From the NCBI GenBank assembly GCA_013265495.1, contig MU058139.1:434001-457285 (forward strand): a DNA stretch of 23,285 nucleotides. The letters are read 5' to 3'. A model generated the notes under the pieces. That model did not search any database. It was not told the origin of the DNA and saw only the letters and a list, made by a program, of their open reading frames with translations. Every line of letters begins with the position of its first letter. Within the stretch, counting starts at the first letter, position 1. Positions 11,617-21,270 of this stretch are shown in pieces. Both the position numbers and the translations under genes were made by a program. Source of the DNA: Vicugna vicugna. Its lineage: Eukaryota.

Positions 11617-12302
11617 TTGGAGATTCCTCAGAAAACTAAACATAGACCTACCATATGATCCAGCAATCCCACTCCTGGGCATATATCCTGAGGAAACTAA
11701 CTCGAAAAGATAAATGCACCCCAATGTTCATAGCAGCACTCTTTACAGTAGCCAAGACATGGAAGCAACCTAAGTGTCCATCAACAGATGATAGATAAAA
11801 AAGTTGTGGTATATTTATATAATAGAATACTACTCAGCCATAAAAAAGGATAAAATAATGCCATTTGCGGCAACATGGATGGACATAGTGATTGTTATTC
11901 TAACTGAAGTAAGCCAGAAAGAGAAAGAAAAATGCCATATGATATCACTCATATGTGGAATTAAAAAAAGAAAAAAGGACACTAATGAACTCATCTACAA
12001 AACAAAAACAGACTCGCAGACCTTATGGTTACCAATCTTATGGTTACCAGGGGAAAGGGGGTGGGAAGGGATTAATTTGGGAGTTTGAGATGTGCAAATG
12101 TTAGCTGCTATATATAAAAATAGATTTTAAAAATGTTTCCTCTGTCTAGCACAGGGAACTATATTCAATATCTTGTAATAGTTTTTAATGAAAAAGAATA
12201 TGAAAATGAAAAAAAAGTATGTATGTGTATGACTGAGACAATGTGCTGTATGGCAGAAATTGATACACTGTAACTGATGGTATTTCAAAAAAAAAAAAAA
12301 AA
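11617..12302 (+). mobile_element. Younger 5'-truncated L1 (ORF2 C-terminus, 3' UTR, poly(A)), sense to RSU1
   Basis: ccatatgatccagcaatcccactcctgggcatatatcc; ORF 11804-12088 WYIYIIEYYSAIKKDKIMPFAATWMDIVIVILTEVSQKEKEKCHMISLICGI matches the ORF2p terminus; G-rich tract 12050-12070; A16 tail 12287-12302. Confidence 0.92.
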
Positions 12303-12849
12303 GAATGAAGGGCACATGGAAGACATAATACAGAACAGCCTGGCCTGCATGCGTCACAATTGCTAAGGTCCTCAGACTGAGAGGTGACTCCAAGAGGCCC
12401 GGCAGCTACCTGCCGTGTGGATTCTGAACTGGATCCATTTCTGTAAAAGAAGAGTTAGGATGCTTGGTGACACTTGGATGGAGGTTGAGGACTAGATGAT
12501 AAGGTTGTTTCATGGTAAGTGTTTGACTTCGATGGTTGTGTTGTGGTTGTGCAGGAGAGTGTCTTTGTAGAGATACCCTAAAGTTCTGTGGGACATTAGA
12601 CCAAAAGCTGTATCTCAGATGGGTCAGGGCAGAAAAATAGGTCTTTGTATTGTATCTTGAGCTTTTCTCTAACTTTGTGGTAGTTGGAAAATAAGAAAAA
12701 TGCTTGCAAGTTGCAGTCGGGGGTCATAGGTTGGGGCCCAACACTGAGTCCCTTCCTGAGAAAAAAAATAATCTTACTGTCCCATTAAAGGGAAAACCCT
12801 GTTGCATTAATATAATGTTCTTATAGAAAGAATGTTGAAAAAAATTTCT

Positions 12850-13005
12850 AAATAATATTTAACACACATATATATATTTAAAACCTTAATACATATAACT
12901 GTGCTATAGTATAATTAGTATATTATGCATAACCATTCAGATTTTAATTTTATGTATATAGTATGCACACACATCTATATGTACACGTAAATAAAATGTA
13001 CATAG
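12850..13005. repeat. AT-rich low-complexity (TA/CA-rich) tract
   Basis: acacacatatatatattt…tatagtatataattagtatattatg…tatgtatatagtatgcacacacatctatatg. Confidence 0.6.
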
Positions 13006-13426
13006 ACCTTCCACTGAGTGACGTTTTAGAACCCAAAGAAGAGGGCAGGTCACTTTTTCCCCCTCTGGCTTTTTTTGTTTGTTTGCTTGTTTTTTTCAAG
13101 TAGATCTATATATGTTTTTTTCTTGGTAGTTGGGAAAACCATTTTTTTTTTCAAAGCAGATCTAATCTTTTTCAGCAGATTAAGCCTGCATGATGTTTAA
13201 AATTGGTGAATTACGTGCTGGTGCTTTGAAATGTCCACCAAAACTTGTTGAGAAGAACTTGGGAAGGGATTTTACTCTGATTATCTGAGAGTGTAGGGGA
13301 GTTTCGGGGTTGACAGTGGTCATGGGTGAACTCACTGGCTGCCGGCCTTCCGTGAGCTGACCTCTCTGTCTTGATGGGATGGTCTTTTAAGCACAGGTGA
13401 GGGCGTGGTTCCTGTCCGGACCCTGG

Positions 13427-13491
13427 GGCCGGTTCGCCGGGCCGGTTCGCCTGGCCAGTTTGCCTGGCCAGTTTGCCTGACCGGCTCACAC
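13427..13491. repeat. 13-bp GC-rich tandem repeat, 4 good copies and 1 degenerate copy
   Basis: ggccggttcgccg / ggccggttcgcct / ggccagtttgcct / ggccagtttgcct / gaccggctcacac. Confidence 0.9.
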
Positions 13492-13764
13492 TATTGAGAT
13501 GGATGGCCCCGGCTGGGCCAGCCGATCGGGTCACCCAGCGTTGCTAACGGGCCCTTGTCAGGTTTGCTCCTGCGACATTAATCCCATTAGCTCTAACTCA
13601 CTGTGCTAATTGCACTGTTAATTGCGTGACTTTTCTTAATTTGGTTTCACATTTAACAGCATTCCATGAATTCCCTGCTTCTATTTTTGTGAGCGGTAAC
13701 GGTTCAACCTGTGAAAATAATTCAGCATTTGACCTTGCAGGCGCGTCGGTGTAATCTGGGTGCA

Positions 13765-13796
13765 TTAACTGACTGTGTTTTTCTTTTCTTTTACAG
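13765..13796 (+). promoter_or_regulatory. Branch point, polypyrimidine tract and 3' splice acceptor of the RSU1 exon
   Basis: ttaactgac (yUnAy-like branch motifs), then tgtgtttttcttttctttta, then cag at 13794-13796. Confidence 0.85.
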
Positions 13797-13847
13797 TCAC
13801 CCTGTCACACATCACGCAGCTGGTCCTCAGCCACAACAAGCTGACGA
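13797..13847 (+). CDS. RSU1: Internal coding exon (51 nt, phase 1-1) of Ras suppressor protein 1, encoding (F)TLSHITQLVLSHNKLT, about residues 37-53
   Basis: The sequence reads tgtttttcttttcttttacag|TC ACC CTG TCA CAC ATC ACG CAG CTG GTC CTC AGC CAC AAC AAG CTG ACG A|gtgagt. The translation matches the recalled RSU1 N-terminus (…DVNGLFTLSHITQLVLSHNKLTMVPPN…) and the LRR consensus LxxLxxLxLxxNxL. Both splice sites are canonical. Neighbouring RSU1 exons were not found in the window. Confidence 0.96.
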
Positions 13848-13853
13848 GTGAGT
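13848..13853 (+). promoter_or_regulatory. 5' splice donor of the RSU1 exon
   Basis: GA|gtgagt matches the GTRAGT consensus. Confidence 0.9.
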
Positions 13854-16699
13854 TGATGTCATCCTCTGCTACCCAGTTTCTGACTTTTAGCGAACGTGGT
13901 GATACTGCTAATTCTTGTGTTTCCTTTAAAGACACTAATGTCAAATGATTATTTGGGCAAACTGAAAATTGATTTGGGCAACGCTGAGGGACCTGAGCGT
14001 ACGTATGATCTTCCTGAATTTTGTAGTTTGCTCTGTTTTGAGGATTCTTCCTTATCATGTGTGTTAACTGAAGAAAGATAATGACACTGTTTCTCTGCAA
14101 ATGGTCCCTGTCCGGCATGCTCAATGCAGTGGCCTGAAATGCTGGGTCTTTATTATTTCATGAAAACAAACAAACACTTTCTTATCAAAAAATATTAGAA
14201 TAAGAATTCTTTGCTTTCATTTATATGTTTTCCTCAAAGGGGGAACATTTATTGATCTGCCTTTTTTCCCTGCTTGATGGGGGGAGAAAAGCACGAAGTT
14301 GTACAAATTCTATCCATTTGCATCTGCGTCTTTGAAGTTCTTGAATCTGGTTTCCACAGAAAATGGTACTGGGTACTGGTCGTGTTGTGGTGCTGTTAAC
14401 ATACAGCGGATTCACACCTCTTTGTAAAGCAAATCTTGTGCGACTGATGTTGGCTATTTCATCCTTAGAGCTGTGGCTTTAAAGATTTTAATGACAGCGA
14501 CCCACTCTCCCTTCTCATTTCTGATTGACTGTCCCTCCTTCGTGCCGCCGTATTTCTTGCTGACTTGAATGATTCTCTAATCATGTGGCAAGAACTTGGT
14601 AGGGAGCTTCTCCGAGTCCAGTGAAACCGAGCAGAAAGTCACGCTGAGGGATGTGTGTCGCGAATGTATGTGTGTGTGTATGTTATATGTGGCTTGAAGC
14701 ACCGTCACAGAGCTGTCGATACCTGAGAGTTAAGAGTGGCAGTTAAGGCCCCTCATGGGCAGGAGGCAGGCAGATTAGTTCATTGTTAGCAAAAAGCACA
14801 TGTTCGTAAGGCAAAGGCAGAGTGGCACGATTGTTGTTCGGGTACCGGTGGCCCCAGCAGCTGAACGTGAGGGTGGCAAGTCACGTGTGATCGTTTTTGT
14901 AACAGGTGTTCTGGTGCCACTTTCATTGTTTTTGTAGCAAATGGTCCTTTTCTCCACTGAGACCCTAATCCCAGTTCAGAAGGGACTGTGTGGTCCCTAA
15001 ATTCCCCCAGATTTTGTGAGCAGAAATTCCTGAAGCTCTCTGTCTCTTCGCTCATGAAAATATTTCTTAATTGCCAGGCTTACTACCCCTTTTAGATCTT
15101 ATGTCATCACTAGAGCGGAAAACAGTTTACATTTAAACAAGAAAGCCAAACACATTTTATTCCTATTATATCACTAATTGATCCATTCTTTAAAAAATTA
15201 TTTCAGATGGTTGTAGTTTATTTCTTTCTAAATGTCCACAAACAGAGAAAGCTCAGGGTCGGGAGGTCGGTTTCTTTTTCCTGGCATGCAATATGAGATT
15301 TATTGAGGAGGACATAAATACAGCGTTAAATTGTGTCTTTTATGAAAGAGGTTCACTGTGAATGGATCCAACCTTTGTATTTCTTTCTTCCTTCCCCCCC
15401 CCCATTTGAAATACTCTTGACCTAACCCAGTAAGCTCTAATTAATCGTCTTGGCAAATTCTGTTTCATGCCATTGTGAGTAGTGTCAGTGACACCCGATC
15501 TGTTCCACTAAGGTCAAATTAGCATCTTTTACTATTTTTCTGGCATTTAAATGAATGGCTTTGCTCTGGTTTTTCCAGTGTTTATAGTAAATATGTCCAT
15601 GTGATGGAAATATAAATATGCATTACATGGAATTGGGCGAGCCCACCCTACTGTCACTTTTTATTGTAATCAGTGTCTTTCATGTTTCCTGGATTTAATG
15701 GGGACTGGCTGACAGCACCACATTCAAACCGCTGGGACTCAAAAGATAAACCCCTCAGCGCTGCTTGTATCTTGCAAAAGTGAGTGTTTTTCTCTTCCGG
15801 TGCCAGTTACACTTGCGTCCTTACAGAATGACCGACCTGGTCCCTCATGCTGGGAACTGATCTGGGGACACCTTTTGGCTCCACACACCTAAGTCTGTGT
15901 CTGTGGGGCTGTTGAAACTGTGTGGTTCTGAGTCTGCCTCTTTTTCCTGCTGGTGGTTTTGACATCAGCAGGTCCACTCAACGCAAGACGAGTGAGATCA
16001 CGAGGAACGAGAAGGAGGGCTGGTGACCCTTAAATGCCCCACGATTTTGTGAACAGAAATTCTTGAGGTTTTCGACATGAGAGTTCATGAAGTCTTTCAA
16101 AAGTGTCATACTACGTGCTGTTAGAGGCTCCTCGTTCTTACAGTGACACGATACACATTTAGAGCTGGGGGACTGGGGCAGTGCTGCTGGGTTTGAGTTA
16201 AGTCACTGGAGGGGTGACTACCTGCAGCAGTTTTCCCAGATGCATGTGCCCGTGATGGAATTAAGGTCAGAGGCAAGTGAATCTTCGCCTTCTGCTTTCT
16301 GGCTGTGACTGGCTGTGACTCTCTACGAACCAGAAGAAGGTTCTTTCTGCTCCAGTGGGAATGGTTTCAGGGTCAAGATGAGGTTCTGCCCCTGGAAACA
16401 CCCCAGTCCCCGCCCAGTGCCTGCAGGCCTGCACACACCTAGTGGGAGACGCTGTTGGCCTGACGTCCAGCGCCTGCCCTCTGGCCCCACATCCTGCAGC
16501 CAAGCCTTCCTCCCCATGTGCCGCTAGAGGGAGACTGATCCGTCTTCTCTCCCCTGGTCGCAGCTGCCCTCTGCCCCTGCGCCGCCCTGCCTCCCCCTCC
16601 CTCCCTTGCAGCGCCCCCGCTGCCCTCTGTCCATCCTCTCTCCGGGCTCCCCTGACTGCCCTGGCCAACTGGAAAGCTTCCTTCCCCCCAACTCCTGTT

Positions 16700-16892
16700 G
16701 TTCATGGACTCTTGACCCCAGTGTGGCACTTCCTCGTCCCACCACTGCTTCCTGTTCCTTCTCTCTCCAAATGCATCTTGTGCTGTGCTGAAAGCAGGGA
16801 CCATTTCTGATTCTTCCTGGATGCCTGTTGCTGAGTGCACAGTGGCTCCCCAGTGATGACTTGTATAAAGCAGGTGTGGTTGATGGAAGGAA
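16700..16892 (+). mobile_element. L2 LINE 3'-end fragment (diverged)
   Basis: …gtgctgaaagcagggaccatttctgattcttcctggatgcct…gtgcacagtggct…tggttgatggaaggaa resembles the L2 3' terminus. Confidence 0.5.
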
Positions 16893-17171
16893 GCTGGTAG
16901 GTGGCAGACCAGGGCAGGAAACAGCCGGCCGCTGGTGAAGTGCTCAGTATTGGAACCTGACAGTTTCTTCAGGGTGAACCAGCGTGGAGCCTGGAGGAGC
17001 TGTGCCCAGTATGGACTTCTGTTTCTTAACTAATGGCGGGCTCACGTCAGACGTGCTGGACCGGGAGCCCTCTAGTGAAGCGTCTCCTTGCGTTCTGGAA
17101 GTTGGTGTCCATGGCATCTTTATCGCTATAGGGGCCCCTTCGTCACTGAGGAGTGATGTGCGGAGATGGTG

Positions 17172-18108
17172 CAGGCAGACCTCGTTGGGCGGTGCCTCAC
17201 TTTACTGAACTCGGCAAACACTGCGGGTTTTTAGAAATTGAAGGTCGGTGGCGACCCAGTGTCAAGAGAGTCAGTTGGTGCCGGTTTTTTCCAGCAGCAT
17301 TTGCTGGCTTCGTGTCTCTGTGTCACATCTTGATTGTAATCGCAGGATTGTAAACCCTCCAGCAGCAAAAAGATGACAACTCGTTGACGGCTCAGTTGAT
17401 AGTATTTTTTTTTTTAGCAATAAAGTACATTTTTTCCTTTTTGTTTATTGAAGTATCCTTGGGTTACAGTGTTGTGTCAGTTTCTGGTGTCCAGCATAAT
17501 GTTTCAGTCATACATGTGCATGCATCTATTCCTTTTCATATTCTTTTTCGTTACAGGTCACTACAAGGTATTGAGTATAGTTCCCTGTGCTGTACAGAAG
17601 AGACTTGCTTATCTGTTTTGCAAATAGCAGTTAGTATCTGCAAATCTCGAACTCCCAATTTATCCCTTCCCGCCCCCTTTCCCCCCTGGTACCCATAAGT
17701 TTGTTTTCTATGTCATTGAGTCTGTTTCTGTTTTGTAAATAATTTCATTTGTGTTTTTTTTTTTGGATTCCACATATGAGTGCTGTCATATGGTGTTTTT
17801 CTTTCTCTCTTTCTGGTTACTTCACTTAGTATGACAATCTCCAGGCCCATGTATGTTACTGTAAATGACATCATTTTATTCTTTTTATGGCCAAGTAGTA
17901 GTCCGTTGAATAAAGTACTTTTTAATGAAGGTGTGTACATTGTTTTCTAGACATAATGCCTTGCATGCTCGATAGACAACGGTAGAGTGTAAGCCTAACT
18001 TTTACATGCACCTGGGGGACCAGAGGATCTGGTGACCCACTTCACTGAGATAATCGCTTCATCGTGGTGGTCTGGAAGCAGACGTGCCTCATCTCCAAGG
18101 TGTGCCTG
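17172..18108 (+). mobile_element. Tigger1-derived internally deleted MITE (TcMar-Tigger), split by an L1 insertion
   Basis: Left TIR caggcagacctcg and right TIR caaggtgtgcctg. The Tigger1 5' arm (aaattgaagg…cttcgtgtctctgtgtcacat) joins the 3' arm (ccctccagcagcaaaaagatgacaactcgttgacggctcag…tagacataatgc…taacttttacatgcac…gtggtctggaa). Confidence 0.85.
17434..17908 (-). mobile_element. Younger 5'-truncated L1 3' end inserted in the Tigger1 MITE, with TSD
   Basis: The minus ORF 17713-17940 contains KKNKMMSFTVTYMGLEIVILSEV (ORF2p end). The TSD copies are aataaagtacatttt (17419-17433) and aataaagtacttttt (17909-17923), followed by aa. Confidence 0.9.
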
Positions 18109-18334
18109 CCTGTGCTCCTCAGGGACCCCTAAGAATCCACAGCAGGGAAGCTGGCATCATGACCAGCTGTGGGGGCTTTCACCCACCCAGCAGCCCTCGT
18201 GGCCTCGGTCACATTGCCCTTCTCCACGGAGACTGGAAGACCTAGATCTCCCGGTTTAGAACCCGTGCCTCTTTCACTCACTTTTCTATGTTTCAAGTCC
18301 CAAATGATTTACTAAGATTTCCATAGAATTAACT

Positions 18335-18457
18335 GTAGTATGTCAGTTTCTTGAGGGTAGGAGCCTTGTCACATGCTCACGTGGTACTCACCCTCACGAA
18401 AGTGCCAGAAGCACGCTGAGTGTGAGATAGGCCCTCAGTTAATGCTGGTTGATGAGC
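18335..18457 (+). mobile_element. L2 LINE 3'-end fragment
   Basis: gtatgtcagtttcttgagggtaggagccttgtc…agtgccagaagcac…ataggccctcagttaatgctggttgatgag resembles the L2 3' terminus. Confidence 0.6.
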
Positions 18458-18777
18458 GGTTGGTAGGTGATGAATTGGGAGGTGTCCCCCCCGTCCGAGA
18501 TGACAGACTCTAGGGCTTGCCTGCTCTCAGTGTTACTAAGGAGGGGACGTGGCGCTTATTTCAAAGGTGGTCCTCCTGTGTCTCTGCCCTCCTCCTCCGC
18601 TCCCTGCCTTTGTGATGACCCTTCCTGGTAAGCCAGTGACAGCTGAGTCTTTTTCAGTCTGCATCTTGCCCGATCCTTGGTTTTTATGGTGTCTGGGAGT
18701 ATTCGCTTTGTAAATGTTTTTCAACTTGTTTTCAGTCTTTAAGAGGAATTTCTTTCCGAGGCCACCAGTTCAGGACT

Positions 18778-18796
18778 TGTCCACTAGAGGTCACTG
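18778..18796 (+). promoter_or_regulatory. Candidate CTCF binding motif
   Basis: TGTCCACTAGAGGTCACTG versus the CTCF consensus TGGCCAC[C/T]AG[G/A]GGGC[G/A]CT[A/G]; motif match only. Confidence 0.45.
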
Positions 18797-21164
18797 TTGA
18801 GATATGTATTTTCCCTGCCATCATCTTGTGTGGAAAAGATGACAAACCAAATTTGTGCTGTCAGATGAAAATTTTTTGCAAGCTTTTCAGCTCTGTCCAA
18901 CAGGGCATGTTGCCACTGTCATTTACATAGTGCAATTTTATCACGGTTAAGGAGGTCCTTCAATAAGGAGGTATGTTATTTTTCTGTTTGAAGTACACAC
19001 TGAGTTTCAATGTCATTATTAGTGTGTATTATGGCCACTGTGTCATGTTAGGAACTTTCCTTCCGGTTTCTTTAAATTCGGAGAATTTTATTGCCTTCTG
19101 TAGTGTTTTGTATTGAGTATATGTGAGATTTTTTTTCCCTGTGGAAGAAAACTTAAAATACAGATCTATGTAACAAGATTTTAATTCAAAAAAAACTATG
19201 TAAAGTGAAACTCAGGAAAATGTGCATTTTGTGCGTATTCAGATCGATTCTTGAATGCCATTGGGTGGGGAAGAAGACTGTGCGTTATGAAATGAATTGC
19301 ATTCTGCATCAATGATAAAACAGTCTCTTGAGCATGAATTTTTTTAATGTGATACTTTTCTTAATTTTAAAAATAATTTTATTCTTAAAGCCAAGCCCAG
19401 GTACAGACATTACCAACACCTCAAATATGATAATAGTGTTTTTCATTTTGCGACCCATGATGTTAGGGATTAAACACTCATCATTTTCTGCAAGAAAGAC
19501 AAAGGATGTCTTTTTGCTCCGTGCAGATGTTGAGCAGTGAGTTCTGTGTAAACCTTTCATAAGTGTGGGTCTCTGAATGTCACTGTGGAGTTTTATACTT
19601 TGAACTTTTAACTGCCATGTAAAACATTTTCTTGAGCTATTAGCAGCCTTGTCGGCCATTTCAAGCCTTAACTGTGACCATACCTTGTCATTTAATGTGT
19701 TGGAAATGACTAAACAGGCAGAAAACAAGTGTTACGGCAAAACTTGGTTCTTTTTTTTTTTTTTCACTAGACTATTTCCTATTAGTTATAACTGATAGAT
19801 GAATTTGGAATTATAGCAAATAAGAAAATGCTTGCATATTTTCTTGAGTGACTTCAGTAATTTGTTTTTAATGTTTGAAATATGTGGAAGTTAATGTAAT
19901 GTTTTAAGATTTGCTACGGATGTATTGATTGTTAGGGTCTCTACTGTGTCACTAGAAAGGAATTAAGCAGCTTGTTTTACATGAAAATACTGCCATCTCG
20001 AAATATGCAGATCCAATTATAATGAAGAAAAGCAGTTTTTAAAAAGCATAATTAATGGAAACCCTTCTCTACAGACGTAATAGATTGTTGAGATAAATGA
20101 GAAAAATGAACTGTCCCAACTTACAAGAATGACCTTCACTAGTCTTTCAACACCTTCCTGTTCCCAAATCTGTTTATTTCCTCTCCCATAGATTATTTGT
20201 CATGCCTTATGCAAAAGTTCTTGTGCATGGCTTGTATGAAATTAAACTAGGAGGGGGGATATGCAAAATAAATCGTCTCTGTGTCACGCATTTATCTTGT
20301 GACAATATCAAAACAACTTACCGCTTGCATTTTAACAGGGTATGAATGTATTTATAATACCGAGGCTTTGATCAATATCTTATTCTTTTAATTAGTGCAC
20401 ATTTATCAGTTTGTTCCTAGGCCATCATTTGGAAGACTGGATTTGAAAAAAATGGATACATGATATTGAGTCTGATAGCTTTTAATTGAACAGTGCCTTT
20501 CCCATGGTGCCACTGGTTGGGTACCATTAAAAAATTGCCTGTCGTTGGGACTTTGTTATTCTGGGTTTTAGTGAGGAAGCCTACAGGGTCATAGTCCAGA
20601 ACCAGCCCAGCCCAAGGCCACTGGGTGAAGGTGGAGAAGGTGGGTCTTGATGCCGTTGTGTCCTCGGCTCAGACTCTTGTCACCCTCCGATCTCTGTCGC
20701 CCACCAACCCAAAGGTACCTGCTCTAGAATACCTTTTCTTGGAGTCCTTTGCTAAGAGGGAGCTAGCTCAAAGGGCGGTATGTGAATTCTTCCTCAGTAT
20801 ATTTTTCAACAGAACGACTTCAGTTACGGGAGTTTCAGAGAGGTGGCTGGCTGTGGTGACCACAACGTGTGGGCAGGTTGGACCTGTCATTTTCCAAACC
20901 GCAGCTCGTGTGCTGCGGGCAGCTGATCTTGGAAAGGGTTTCTTTTACTATTTACAATAGAACCCTCAAAGGGAATTGACTTACTAGCAAGAATTTCTCT
21001 ATAAATCACCTGTTGACTATCTACTAGGTAAAGTGTTTCTACATGTGTGTCGTGCAGGAGGTCGGGAGAAGATCTTCTAGAAGGAGCAATACTTGAGTAT
21101 ATACGTTCTTGCAGAACAATTCTTAGCATTGCATAACTGACTGACCTTTTTTAAGAATAGAGTG

Positions 21165-21270
21165 AAGGCTGTGTCCACGATTCCTAAAAAATGCACATAA
21201 TCCTGATAATTTCAGCGGGTTTGTGAATCCTGTTAAAATCATGCATGAAGCTCAGATTTAGAAACCCTGG
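21165..21270. mobile_element. Possible MER103/MER5-type hAT-Charlie fragment
   Basis: aaaaaatgcacata…aatttcagcgggtttgtgaatcc…catgcatgaagctcagatttagaaaccctg resembles a Charlie-type end (…CAGGTTAAGAACCCCTG). Confidence 0.45.

Larger units (their letters stand above)
10470..12700 (+). mobile_element. Old L1MC-type (L1MC3/L1MC4-like) 3' region, interrupted by MER20/MER33 and a younger L1
   Basis: Colinear L1MC 3'-end motifs: agttctgtccactcagag…tagcaatgagcacatctggtgcccagat…tgattccagggttg…acatgtcaaaaggac…actggccaaatc; taattacaaaggggaaaa…tttacagtggag…tgcataacctaaatctaatca; resuming after 12302 (…gcctggcctg…gatggttgtgttgtggttgtgcaggagagtgtc…). Confidence 0.75.

Noticed and set aside
12280..12302. 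The sense-strand L1 lacks the terminal AATAAA that antisense copies at ~2675 and ~17445 retain
   Set aside because: It is a single case, other AATAAA hexamers occur nearby (e.g. 11604), and the 724 antisense copy also lacks it, so selection against premature polyadenylation is not supported.
13427..13491. Short repeats that might suggest a CRISPR-like array
   Set aside because: The units are directly adjacent with no spacers, the context is mammalian, and there are no cas genes.
16301..16320. 10-bp tandem duplication ggctgtgact x2
   Set aside because: Real but an ordinary micro-duplication with no further signal.
16267..16840. Cluster of overlapping ORFs on both strands
   Set aside because: GC-rich, low-complexity sequence has few stop codons. 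The products are Pro/Gly/Arg-biased with no recognisable homology.
18900..20460. Long AT-rich stretch with octamer-like and TAAT motifs, plus ORFs 19309-19728 and 19328-19540
   Set aside because: The motif matches are imperfect and expected from base composition. The ORFs show no recognisable homology.
20503..20515. atggtgcca resembling the start of the next RSU1 exon (MVP…)
   Set aside because: There is no AG acceptor in position, and the translation does not continue as PNIAELKNLEVL.
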